Shown piece after piece: positions 10,852 through 20,233 of a DNA stretch of 64,000 bases (the stretch's first letter is position 1; every line of letters starts with the position of its first letter). The notes beneath the pieces were generated by a model, which was not told where the DNA came from, did not search any database, and was given only the letters and a program-made list of their open reading frames with translations. Source of the stretch: an uncultured Chlamydiae bacterium (GTDB lineage Bacteria > Chlamydiota > Chlamydiia > Chlamydiales > SM23-39); contig CAVSSM010000009.1 in the NCBI GenBank assembly GCA_963730605.1, positions 32,001 to 96,000 of the forward strand, written 5' to 3'. The position numbers were made by a program, and so were the translations under genes.

Positions 10852-12399
10852 ATGCAAACGCTAGCCCTTCAAATTGATCGACCCTTCTTACGAGCTGCCC
10901 TCATTCAAAAGGGACGTCTTGGCTTTAAAATTTGCGCGCTTAAATCAACCCCTCTGACTGAACCTGAAAATGTAAAGCTGCTTTACAAATTCAAATTCAA
11001 AGGGCGTCTCGTCTCCGGGCTATCCTCAAAGGATGTCATCCTTAGACCCATGGATTTAAATATTGGGAAAACTCGCCATATCGAAACCGCGCTTGGGTTC
11101 CAGTCCGAAGGCATCACCCATTTAAATCCAGCCGATGTGATCTCCATTCCCCATTCGATCAAAAAATCGGCAGGAAAAGTGAAGGCCCTTCTTTTCTCGG
11201 CTTCACGCGCGGGGCTTAAATCTCATTTGGAAGAATTTGCAAAGCTTAATGTCGACCTAGACTGCGTCAGTTCTAATAGCCTCGCCTTGATCCATTTCAT
11301 CCGATGGAAAGCACCAGATCTATACGATGCATTTTTAGTAGATCTCGGATCGAGCGAATGGACGTGCGTGCTCATGGAAGGAGGCGAGCTAAAAAAATCC
11401 CACGCCCTCGGTTCGGGCTCAGAGGCTCTTCTCACGGCTTTTTGGGAGGACAGAAAAAAAATTCTCCTCCCGAAGGAAGTGGAAGGAGTCGCAAAGCAAA
11501 TCGACCTGCTGCAGATCAAACCCCACCTGAACCCTCTATTTTCGGAAAAACTCGCCCAGATCCGGCAAGAATTGGCCAAAGTAATTTTTTCTTTTTCTCG
11601 ATTCTCCAATCAAAAGCCCATCGTCTTCACCGGCCACATCGACGCATTTGGCCACTTGAAAGAGTTCTTGATGGACAGTTTCAAAGAAGCTGTTTCCAAG
11701 GAGGTTGGCGAAATGCTCGACCTCGAGGAGAAAAAATACGCCGTTCCGATTGGTCTTGGCTTAGAACAAGCCGGTCGGCCTTTACAACTCTTGTCCCAAG
11801 AATTTTTTCCTAAAAAAAATTGGCGCCGCGCAGGAGGCTACGGACTCCTTCTCCTATTTCTGTCTCTCTGTTTGAGCAGCCTTTTGCTTTGCATAGGGCT
11901 GAACGGAATCGGCGTAAGGAAAGCTCAAATGGTTGAATCTGTCCAGGGCAATCTAAGCCTTTGGGATCCTCAATTGAAGAAGACGCTGCTGCTAGATGAA
12001 GAAATGGCTCTCAAGCAATGGATTGATGGAGTTGAAAAATACAACAAGGAATATCCTTATATTCTCGACGTTCCCCGCGCAGCTATTGTCCTTTCTTGGC
12101 TAAGCCAGCACCCATTGCTGCTGGAATTCAAAATGGAAAACGACCCGCTGGAAGTGAAAAACCTTCGCTATCAATTGGTTGAATACCCCAAAATCGGGTC
12201 TCTCCAAAACCGCTACCGGGCAAAAGTCGATCTCCAGTTCAAGGTAAAAAGCCCTATGAGCGCGAGAAGATTTCACGAAGCCTTGTTACAAGGAGATGAA
12301 ATCGTCGATCCAAACAGCGAAGTGAGCTGGGAAGCCCTAAGCGACAGCTATCGAGCTTCCTTTTTTCTAAATTCAACCAAGGCGCCCTATGTTCCTTGA
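10852..12399 (+). CDS. Conserved chlamydial protein, PilM/GspL-like (actin-like domain plus TM helix)
   Basis: VDLGSSEWTCV actin-like strand, one TM segment, position next to yggT as in Chlamydia. Confidence 0.55.
   Translation: MQTLALQIDRPFLRAALIQKGRLGFKICALKSTPLTEPENVKLLYKFKFKGRLVSGLSSKDVILRPMDLNIGKTRHIETALGFQSEGITHLNPADVISIPHSIKKSAGKVKALLFSASRAGLKSHLEEFAKLNVDLDCVSSNSLALIHFIRWKAPDLYDAFLVDLGSSEWTCVLMEGGELKKSHALGSGSEALLTAFWEDRKKILLPKEVEGVAKQIDLLQIKPHLNPLFSEKLAQIRQELAKVIFSFSRFSNQKPIVFTGHIDAFGHLKEFLMDSFKEAVSKEVGEMLDLEEKKYAVPIGLGLEQAGRPLQLLSQEFFPKKNWRRAGGYGLLLLFLSLCLSSLLLCIGLNGIGVRKAQMVESVQGNLSLWDPQLKKTLLLDEEMALKQWIDGVEKYNKEYPYILDVPRAAIVLSWLSQHPLLLEFKMENDPLEVKNLRYQLVEYPKIGSLQNRYRAKVDLQFKVKSPMSARRFHEALLQGDEIVDPNSEVSWEALSDSYRASFFLNSTKAPYVP
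10971..10987. repeat. 17-bp palindrome TGTAAAGCTGCTTTACA (parS-like, copy 2, intragenic)
   Basis: Identical to copy 1. Confidence 0.85.
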
Positions 12400-13030
12400 G
12401 GCCTTTGGCAAAATCTGCTTTTCGCAACTTCGCCCCATCTTTTTTTATTCTTTTCTTTTGATTCCATTCATTCTTTCGGGCAGCTATTTGCTCCGTCGTC
12501 ATGCCTTCCAAGAGCAGTTGGAAGTTCGCTTCGCAGATGCGGCAAAAAAAGGAAAACTCGCAATCGCTAGAAAAATGAGGAAGGAAAACTTCATGAAAAG
12601 ATATTCGAACGCCGATCCGTTCTTTCTCGACAAGAATATTGAATCGCTCTCGTTTTTACAAGATGAACGCTCCGTCATTTCGTCACTGATCCATCATCCG
12701 GCTCTTTCCAATAAACGGATGTTGCAAGAAAGGCTGGAATTTCTGACGAACGATGCAAACCGTCTCGCTTTCACGGAGGAAAATATCCGCACTGCCTCCA
12801 AAATCAAAGAAACGGATGAAAAACAGCGGCATCCTGTGCAAATGAGTGAAAATGATCTACATAAGTTATTGGCATCTATTGAAGACATCGCTATTGGAGA
12901 GAATGAGCCCATTGCCAAAATGCCCCAATTACTGATTCGGGACTTGGCGATTAAAAAAATTGAAAATCCGGGAGCATGCGAAGTGGTCGAAGTCGAGATG
13001 GAACTTCTTAAAAGAGAATGGACTAATTAA
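12389..13030 (+). CDS. Conserved chlamydial hypothetical membrane-anchored protein
   Basis: 213 aa ORF with N-terminal TM helix; overlaps its neighbours in an operon. Confidence 0.7.
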   Translation: MFLEAFGKICFSQLRPIFFYSFLLIPFILSGSYLLRRHAFQEQLEVRFADAAKKGKLAIARKMRKENFMKRYSNADPFFLDKNIESLSFLQDERSVISSLIHHPALSNKRMLQERLEFLTNDANRLAFTEENIRTASKIKETDEKQRHPVQMSENDLHKLLASIEDIAIGENEPIAKMPQLLIRDLAIKKIENPGACEVVEVEMELLKREWTN

Positions 13031-14301
13031 TGAAAAAATGGATTTACATTCTACTATTGATAGCCAACGGATGCTCCCATTATTCCCCCACTGTGGAAGA
13101 TCCGCTTGTCGCCATCCAGATCCAGGATCGAAACGGATTTACGGAAACCATCAGCAATCCTGAGAGGCTTGAAAATTACTACTCCGTGGATTTCCTTGGC
13201 TCTCAACCTTTCAAGAAAGTATTGAGGGTATACAAGAAGGATGGGAAAAACCATTCGATCGTTACAACTTATCATCCAAATGGAGCGATTGCCCAATACC
13301 TTGAAGCGAAAGAAATGAGAGCCAGCGGAATTTACAGGGAGTGGTTTCCGAATGGACAAACCAAGATCGATTCCTATGTGATCGGAGGGACCGCAGATAT
13401 CACCCAAGGAGCTCAAAAAGATTGGCTTTTCGACGGAACCAGCCAAATGTGGGATGAAGAGGGCCATCTTTTGGCTCAAATTCCTTATCAAGGCGGGGTC
13501 TTGAATGGAACCAGCGTCTATTATTATCCATCCGGAACCGTCCAATGTCAGATTCCTTACGTAAAAAACATGGAAGAGGGAGATCGAATCGAATTCTATC
13601 CGAAAGGCAATGTAAAATCGACAACCTATTTTCAAAAGGGCATCCGTTCAAAAAACTCAAATGGATACTATGAAAACAATCTCTCCGCGTGGATTGAAGA
13701 ATATGCGGACGGGCTTTTGCTCAAAGGAGCCTACTACAATCTTCAAGGAGATCTGATTGCGGAAGTGGAAGACGGCCGTGGCCAGCAAGCACGCTACGAG
13801 AACAACGCGCTCTCCTTTCTCTTGGAAATCCACCAAGGGGTTCCGGAAGGGATAGTGAAAAAATTCAATCCCAAAGGGGACCTCTTAGCTCTCTACTCTA
13901 TCAAAAGTAACAAAAAGCACGGAGAAGAAATTTCGTATTTTCTCCCTGAAGCGGGGGAACATGAACGAAAGGCAAAACTATCGATTCAGTGGGACCAGGG
14001 CTCTATCCACGGCATTGTCAAAACTTGGTATAGGAATGGGCAGCTTCAGAGCCAAAGGGAATATTGCCGCAATATCAAATTAGGCCCCACCTGCGCTTGG
14101 TACAAAAATGGATCTCTCATGTTCGTTGAAGAATATGAAAACGGCCTCCTCGTCAAAGGGGCCTACTACAAAAAGAATCACAATGACCCAATATCCACTG
14201 TAATGAATGGCAATGGCACAGCATACCTCTATGACGAAGATGGGGCTTTCATGAAAAAAATCCTCTATGCAAAAGGGAAGCCGACCGATCCTGAAGACTG
14301 A
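13030..14301 (+). CDS. MORN-variant repeat (YwqK-like) lipoprotein
   Basis: Lipobox-like IANGC; repeated YxxNG / WYxNG units. Confidence 0.8.
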   Translation: MKKWIYILLLIANGCSHYSPTVEDPLVAIQIQDRNGFTETISNPERLENYYSVDFLGSQPFKKVLRVYKKDGKNHSIVTTYHPNGAIAQYLEAKEMRASGIYREWFPNGQTKIDSYVIGGTADITQGAQKDWLFDGTSQMWDEEGHLLAQIPYQGGVLNGTSVYYYPSGTVQCQIPYVKNMEEGDRIEFYPKGNVKSTTYFQKGIRSKNSNGYYENNLSAWIEEYADGLLLKGAYYNLQGDLIAEVEDGRGQQARYENNALSFLLEIHQGVPEGIVKKFNPKGDLLALYSIKSNKKHGEEISYFLPEAGEHERKAKLSIQWDQGSIHGIVKTWYRNGQLQSQREYCRNIKLGPTCAWYKNGSLMFVEEYENGLLVKGAYYKKNHNDPISTVMNGNGTAYLYDEDGAFMKKILYAKGKPTDPED

Positions 14302-14806
14302 GCTCAGAAAAAAATTCCTTGTTTTGCGGGCAGACATCCCCCCTGATCGGCGTTTTTCTGCCTCTCTCTTGATCGCTCGTCTTTTGCAAAACCGAGGCCG
14401 CATTCTTTCATTTTATTCGATTGGATCGGAGATCGACCTGTCTCTAACAAATTCCATCTTCGCTAAATCGGGCCGTCTGATGGCGAACCGCCTAGAGGGA
14501 GACAATCTTGTTCCCTACCATATAAGCGATGAACGGGAACTGCTTATTTCGCGACTCGGGATCCCCGAGCCCAACCCAAACAGTTCTTTGATAGCCTCTT
14601 TTTCTGAAATCGATCTCATTCTCGTGCCGGGGCTGGCATTTGACAGCGAAGGAGCTCGTTTAGGATACGGAAAGGGCCATTACGACAAATTCTTAGCCAC
14701 AATTGGAGACATCCCCACCGCTGGAATCGGATTTCGAGAACAGCTATTTTCAAAACTTCCGCGCGACCCTTGGGATGTCCCCGTTAAGGAATTGATTTTG
14801 GTTTAG
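14267..14806 (+). CDS. ygfA: 5-formyltetrahydrofolate cyclo-ligase
   Basis: VPGLAFD, RLGYGKGHYD, WDVP; exact start uncertain. Confidence 0.92.
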   Translation: MQKGSRPILKTELRKKFLVLRADIPPDRRFSASLLIARLLQNRGRILSFYSIGSEIDLSLTNSIFAKSGRLMANRLEGDNLVPYHISDERELLISRLGIPEPNPNSSLIASFSEIDLILVPGLAFDSEGARLGYGKGHYDKFLATIGDIPTAGIGFREQLFSKLPRDPWDVPVKELILV

Positions 14807-14817
14807 CCCCCTCTACT

Positions 14818-14844
14818 TAACGCGAGTTTCCGAAACTCGCGTTA
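14818..14844. repeat. Perfect 13-bp inverted repeat matching the outer ends of the 63.2-kb element
   Basis: TAACGCGAGTTTC-C-GAAACTCGCGTTA between convergent genes. Confidence 0.8.
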
Positions 14845-15243
14845 CTTAGTCTGTTTTAGAGTGGAGGCAGGGGCTTTTTTTTCTGGCTTAGGGCTGCAAA
14901 AATGGGGGCCCGGACAATCGTTGGCTTTGCAAAGGGAGCCAGGAGATACAGTTGTGCACATGGAATAATGCGCCTCTGACGGACACTGCCAGGTGACTAT
15001 ATAAGGAGTCAAAGATGTCTGCGGCGTTCCTGGATGCAAATAATTAGTAGGGTTGAGGTTTGTCGTAAAATTTTTCTGCTGCCCCGGCTGGATAGAAAAC
15101 TGCCCAAGAAAAGTTCCGTCAGATGCTTGAATCGTCGCTGTAAGAATATAAGGCGAGTCATTGATTAAAAGAACCGAGCCATCGTTCGTCCCCGCCTGGG
15201 CAAGGCAGGGGAATAACAAGAAGAAAAACCAGATTTTTCTCAT
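14842..15243 (-). CDS. Small secreted Cys-rich hypothetical protein
   Basis: Signal peptide ending AQA; Cys-rich C-terminal half; ATGA-coupled to oppA. Confidence 0.75.
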   Translation of the reverse strand: MRKIWFFFLLFPCLAQAGTNDGSVLLINDSPYILTATIQASDGTFLGQFSIQPGQQKNFTTNLNPTNYLHPGTPQTSLTPYIVTWQCPSEAHYSMCTTVSPGSLCKANDCPGPHFCSPKPEKKAPASTLKQTK

Positions 15244-16811
15244 AGCCTTTCTCCACTTTTCGCCGCTGGTTCAAAATAGGCCCAGCGCAAATCGAGCTGT
15301 CCCATCGGAGAAAGAGCGACCCCTGAAAAGTTCGGATTCTTAATATAGTTCAATACAAAGTGAAATACGGGGATAATCGGCATTTCTTCCATGATGATCT
15401 CTTCAGCTTTACGCAGGAGCTGATTTCTCTCTTCGCCACCCTTACATACGGCAGACCGATTTAAAAGGTCAATGTATTCGGGATGTTCCCATCCTGTGTT
15501 ATTTGTGCTTTCATCCTTACACTTAAACACCTCTAGAAAATTCGCCGGATCGTTGAAATCGGCCGTCCAAGAGCCTGCAGCGATCTGATATTCCTTTTTA
15601 GATACGCGCTGAAAGAACACCTTAGGCTCAATAGCTTCCAATTGAACCTTAATCCCCAACGTCTTTTCCCATTGTGTTTGAACGGCTTGAGCCACGGCGG
15701 CATTCCTCTCAGTATTGGAATAGCTAATCGTAATCGGCTCATCCAGCGCGAGGGAAGGGAGCGTCTGATCTTGAAAGTATCCGTCAGCATTCAGTCCCAT
15801 TTCAGGAGGAACGAGACTCCTCGCTGCCGTATGCCCCCCTTGGAGCACGTGGCCGACAATTCCGTCCCGATCGAGCGCAAAGGAAAGAGCGCGGCGATTC
15901 GCTGGATCTGCCAATGGATTTGTTTTGTCGCCAATACGTGGAGATGTATTGACACGAAAGAAGTAGGTGGCCATGAAGGGACTGATCTCAAGGCGTCGGG
16001 AACTTTTTAAGTTACGTATCGCATCGGCTGGAATAGTGGAAAGAGGCGATCCGGCCCAATCGAGCTTGCCTTCTTCGTACATCTGCAAAGCCGTATCGGG
16101 GGGAACAATAAAAAAATCGATCGATGGCAGTTTTACGGCGTCAGCCTCCCAATAGCGGCTGTTTTTCTTGAGGGTGAGTTGATCGGCATGTTTCCAGGAA
16201 TGCAAAGAAAACGGACCATTCGAGACAAACCCCTCTGGAGATGTGCCCCAATTCCCATTTTGCGATACGACGTTCAAAGGCACTGGGAAAAAGCATGTCA
16301 TTGAAACAAGCTCGAGAAAATAAGGGAGGGGGTGCTCCAATTCCACGACCAGGGTATGAGCGTCCAGAGCCTGGACTCCGATGGCATCTAGGCCCACTTC
16401 TCCCAGCTTGGCCTTCCTAGCATTCTTGATCGGATAAAGCTGATACGCGATGTCAGTTGCAAACTTGGGGTCGAGAATCGTCTTCCAACTAGCAGAAAAA
16501 TCCGAGGCTGTCAATGGGAGGCCGTTTGACCAGTACGATTTTCGCAAATGAAACACGTACCGCTCCCCATCTTCTGAGATCTCTACATTTTCAGCGAGCG
16601 CAAGCTCTGTTTTCCCTTCTCGCGAGGTTCTCGTCAACCCTTCGAACAGCATACGGAGCAAAGTGATGCTGTCGAGATCCCTGGCTTTTCGCGGATCGAA
16701 AATCTTAGGGTCTGTAGTTATGCTTAGCTTCGCGCTTGGCCGCTCGGCAGGCCCATCTTTGCTGCAAGAGCCGAAAAGAAAAAGGAAGAAAATACATAGG
16801 TAGGGGATCAT
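15240..16811 (-). CDS. oppA: Oligopeptide ABC transporter substrate-binding lipoprotein
   Basis: LFEGLTR, SNGPF, WTADFNDP; lipobox LFGSC; ATG at 16811 after GGAGA. Confidence 0.9.
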   Translation of the reverse strand: MIPYLCIFFLFLFGSCSKDGPAERPSAKLSITTDPKIFDPRKARDLDSITLLRMLFEGLTRTSREGKTELALAENVEISEDGERYVFHLRKSYWSNGLPLTASDFSASWKTILDPKFATDIAYQLYPIKNARKAKLGEVGLDAIGVQALDAHTLVVELEHPLPYFLELVSMTCFFPVPLNVVSQNGNWGTSPEGFVSNGPFSLHSWKHADQLTLKKNSRYWEADAVKLPSIDFFIVPPDTALQMYEEGKLDWAGSPLSTIPADAIRNLKSSRRLEISPFMATYFFRVNTSPRIGDKTNPLADPANRRALSFALDRDGIVGHVLQGGHTAARSLVPPEMGLNADGYFQDQTLPSLALDEPITISYSNTERNAAVAQAVQTQWEKTLGIKVQLEAIEPKVFFQRVSKKEYQIAAGSWTADFNDPANFLEVFKCKDESTNNTGWEHPEYIDLLNRSAVCKGGEERNQLLRKAEEIIMEEMPIIPVFHFVLNYIKNPNFSGVALSPMGQLDLRWAYFEPAAKSGERL

Positions 16812-17026
16812 AAAGTCTCCGACTCGATCCCTATTTTTCCTAAAGAGATGAAAAAATGCCAATCTTTTCAAGCGCCTGCCTATCCTCTAACGAGGAAACC
16901 GAGGCCCTCGGGATAAAGTTCCATACAGTTCAGCGGTAATTATAATATGCTTAATTCCAGTTACTTAAAAAAAACATTGATTCTTCATCGACAAACTTCT
17001 ATGAGGAGTTTAAAAAGGAGCTTGCG

Positions 17027-17224
17027 ATGTTGACAGGGCATTCCGAATTCTTTCTGTCCCAGCCTGCGGTTTATTTTGGCATACTTGGCCTGAGCGAACG
17101 CGATCCACTGCAAGAATTCGAAACGCATCCTGAGTGTCAGTTCAATCTCAGCTGCTCGTTTTATCCTCCTTACATGCAGCCAAAAACAGGGATGTACATC
17201 GACTGGTATGATTTGCCGAAGTGA
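17027..17224 (+). CDS. Small hypothetical protein (possibly longer if the A8 run at ~16967 is A9)
   Basis: 65 aa ORF after AAGGAG; no recognised motif. Confidence 0.3.
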   Translation: MLTGHSEFFLSQPAVYFGILGLSERDPLQEFETHPECQFNLSCSFYPPYMQPKTGMYIDWYDLPK

Positions 17225-17437
17225 CATTTTCTCTCGAGAAATCCGACGAATTCAAAATTTTTTCCGCATTTTTCTTGATTATATTTTTCGAGAGGCTTAA
17301 AAAATAAAGTAACAACGAAATCTGCCTTCGGATGGGTTTGAATAGGGAAACCTCCAAGAGTGTGCGGGTGGGATATGGCAAGTTTAGAAAAAACCTTAGC
17401 GCAAGCTAAAAAACTTCTTCCAAAACGGAGAGCAACA

Positions 17438-18664
17438 ATGAAAAGCGTGAAAACAATCCCTTGGATGGTAGCCTCGCTCTTAGCGACTACTTCTATCTTT
17501 GGGCAAAATCAGAAAGACCAAAGCGGATGCTGCGTACCGCCGCCACCTGTGTGCAAGCCAGCAAAATGCTGCGTGACTCAAGCGCCCCAAGAGCCAAAAG
17601 TGTGCGCTTATAACGCCCCTGCCGAAATCAATGTCGGCTGCCAAGGCGATGTCGACGTATTCGTGACAGGCAGCTTCATCTACTGGCAAGCAATGCAAGA
17701 CAATATGACTATCGGGTTGACGGACAACAACGCGTTGCTCGGACTGGGCGGTGTAAAAGAGCCTAATATCCAAGGGAATTTCATCGAGTCGAAATTCGGT
17801 TTTAAGCCTGGTTTTAAAGTTGGTCTTGGATTAAACCTCCAAGTGGATGATTGGGATGGTTATGCCGAATATACCAGAGTCCATGGCGATACTAACACAT
17901 CTTCGAATGGACCCTTGTTCACCCCTTCTATTCTCGCTACCTTTGGCCATCCATTCCTTACCCTTTCAACAGGAAACTTGTTAGGAGCCGGTCAGGTATT
18001 CAACACGGTGTCTTCAAGCTACAGAAATAACCTGGACTTCGTCGATGCCGAGATGGGCCGCACTTATTATGTAGGAAGACGACTGGTCTTCCGTTCAGCA
18101 TGGGGAGCGAGAGGAGCTTGGATTCTACAAAATATCCATGTTAATTACAATAATATCACAGCTGCATACGCTACCGATCCAAGCGCTCTCATAGCATCGC
18201 TTCCAAGCACTTTGGATGTGTACCAAAGATCTCATTCTTGGGCTGTCGGTCCTAGAGCGGGATTGATGATGGATTGGATGCTCGGATGCGGATTCCGGTT
18301 CTTCGGAAGCGGCTACGGGGATTTGCTCTACACAAAATATAAACTGCAAGACAAAACCGTTCTTCTGCCTAAGATCACAAACGGCACCAGTGTTCTGGTT
18401 GGCCAATCTATAAGCATCATCAGCAAAGACCGGCCAAGAGGAATAAGAACCCACTTGGATATGGAAATGGGCTTGGGATGGGGATCGTATTTCGACAACA
18501 ACAATTGGCATTTTGACCTCTCTGCTGCGTATGGTTGGCAGGTCTTCTTTGACCAGAACATGTTCCGCCACTACACTACAGACAGTTTGGTTGCCTCCAA
18601 TGTTGTTCCTAACGGAAATCTCTACGTACAAGGCTTGACGGTTACAGCTAGACTCGACTTCTAA
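17438..18664 (+). CDS. Lpg1974/MOMP-like pore-forming outer membrane protein, paralog 1
   Basis: Signal peptide; AYNAPA, GSFIYWQ, FKPGFKVGLG; C-terminal GLTVTARLDF. Confidence 0.85.
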   Translation: MKSVKTIPWMVASLLATTSIFGQNQKDQSGCCVPPPPVCKPAKCCVTQAPQEPKVCAYNAPAEINVGCQGDVDVFVTGSFIYWQAMQDNMTIGLTDNNALLGLGGVKEPNIQGNFIESKFGFKPGFKVGLGLNLQVDDWDGYAEYTRVHGDTNTSSNGPLFTPSILATFGHPFLTLSTGNLLGAGQVFNTVSSSYRNNLDFVDAEMGRTYYVGRRLVFRSAWGARGAWILQNIHVNYNNITAAYATDPSALIASLPSTLDVYQRSHSWAVGPRAGLMMDWMLGCGFRFFGSGYGDLLYTKYKLQDKTVLLPKITNGTSVLVGQSISIISKDRPRGIRTHLDMEMGLGWGSYFDNNNWHFDLSAAYGWQVFFDQNMFRHYTTDSLVASNVVPNGNLYVQGLTVTARLDF

Positions 18665-18694
18665 TAGTCGCCGTCTCCAATCTTGAAATTTAGG

Positions 18695-18727
18695 CAGGCT
18701 GGGAGAAATCCCAGCCTGTTTTTTTTT
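18695..18727 (+). terminator. Rho-independent terminator
   Basis: CAGGCTGGGA-GAAA-TCCCAGCCTG followed by a T9 tract. Confidence 0.92.
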
Positions 18728-18728
18728 G

Positions 18729-18914
18729 TATACTCAAAGAATATGAAGAATCGGGAATATGGCAAGGAGGCGCCCAGAATTTGAGCCAGGCTTTGCCGGC
18801 GCCGGGTCCGGGGTCCCCGAAGACGCAACGTCTTTGGGGTGGGGTGCAGGAGGGCTCAAAGGCTGTGGCTGCCCGACGCCGCCAGAAACCGATTCTTCAT
18901 GTTATTTGAGTATA
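18729..18914. mobile_element. Palindromic MITE-like element, family A (186 bp)
   Basis: 26-bp TIRs (TATACTCAAAGAATATGAAGAATCGG / CCGATTCTTCATGTTATTTGAGTATA, 2 mismatches); homologous to 51638-51936 in reverse orientation. Confidence 0.85.
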
Positions 18915-19045
18915 TGTGCGGCAACTTTGCTCTGAAATTTTAGAGCTTGCTCCGTTCTTCTTGATTAAATTTTCAAGTTGCGCTTATCATCGTCAGCATC
19001 CTTTCGCTTAAACGTTGAAAATCCTTCCAAAAACGGAGAGTAATA

Positions 19046-20233
19046 ATGAACCTACTAAAAAACACGACCCTATGGCTCGCTGGCTTGCTGACCCTAGCAG
19101 CTTCTGCCGTTGCCGATGATAATGCATCCCGCCCCCCTCAGCGTAAAAGCTTTGAGCAGGCGCAAAGAGTGACCAAAATGCAGATGCAGCCAGCCTACAA
19201 CGCTCCCTCCCGAATCGATGTGCGCGGCTCTTGGGATCTCTACATGACAGGGAGCTTTGTTTATTGGCAGCTATCTCAAGATAATATGGAAGTGGCATTG
19301 AACGATCAGCTCACCAATGCAAATTACATAACGAACAACCAAATTAAGGGAGATCTTGTCCGGATGGACTTTGACTATAAGCCTGGATTCAAAGTCGGAT
19401 TAGGTATGAATCTCGATCAAGACGATTGGGATGCCTTTGCAGACTATACAAGGCTTCATACTTCGAACAGCACATCCACAAATGGGGCCGACATCGTTCC
19501 AGGGCTCACGGGTCCTATTTTCCCCACATGGGGACATCCCTATGTGATCCAAACCAACGTCTATAATACCGCGTCTGAAAAATGGGACTGCAATTTGGAT
19601 ACAATCAATCTGGACCTGGGAAGAGCTTACTATGTGGGCACCCAGCTGACTTTCCGTCCATTTTTTGGCGCAAGGTCGGTCTTCCTTACCCAGAGCGTCC
19701 ATGCAAACTATGTGAATACGAGCTTTACGAATACCGCGGTCAATCCGATGGGGGCAACGTTTGTCGAAATTCCCGGCGTGATGGATGTGATCCAAAGAAA
19801 TCGCTCTTGGTCGATTGGCCCCAGGGTTGGAGTCGATACCAATTGGATGCTTGGAATGGGCATTCGCCTCTTTGGAAACGCCAATGCCGATGTTCTCTAT
19901 ACTAAATATAAAATCCAAAACAAAACCAACTTCCTTGTGACAAGCGGCGGAGAGGGTGGGTTCACGACTGGACAATCGCTCTTTCATGTCTCGAAAGAAA
20001 GGGTTTCCGCTCTCAGGGGGCATACGGATTTGGAAATGGGGCTCGGATGGGGATCGTACTTCGACAACAATAACTGGCACATCGACTTATCTGCCGCCTA
20101 TGGGTTCCAAATATTCTTCGATCAGAACATGCTGACGAAGTACTTGAACGGCTTTATGACCGGAAAACTCGAGCAGCCAAGCGGCGATCTCTATGCCCAA
20201 GGCTTAACAGCGACGGCTCGTTTCGATTTCTAA
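19046..20233 (+). CDS. Lpg1974/MOMP-like pore-forming outer membrane protein, paralog 2
   Basis: Same motifs as paralog 1 (AYNAPS, YKPGFKVGLG, GWGSYFDNNNWH, ARFDF). Confidence 0.85.
   Translation: MNLLKNTTLWLAGLLTLAASAVADDNASRPPQRKSFEQAQRVTKMQMQPAYNAPSRIDVRGSWDLYMTGSFVYWQLSQDNMEVALNDQLTNANYITNNQIKGDLVRMDFDYKPGFKVGLGMNLDQDDWDAFADYTRLHTSNSTSTNGADIVPGLTGPIFPTWGHPYVIQTNVYNTASEKWDCNLDTINLDLGRAYYVGTQLTFRPFFGARSVFLTQSVHANYVNTSFTNTAVNPMGATFVEIPGVMDVIQRNRSWSIGPRVGVDTNWMLGMGIRLFGNANADVLYTKYKIQNKTNFLVTSGGEGGFTTGQSLFHVSKERVSALRGHTDLEMGLGWGSYFDNNNWHIDLSAAYGFQIFFDQNMLTKYLNGFMTGKLEQPSGDLYAQGLTATARFDF

Noticed and set aside
13030..14301. Toxin-antitoxin system (YwqK label)
   Set aside because: MORN-variant repeat lipoprotein in a conserved operon; no toxin partner seen
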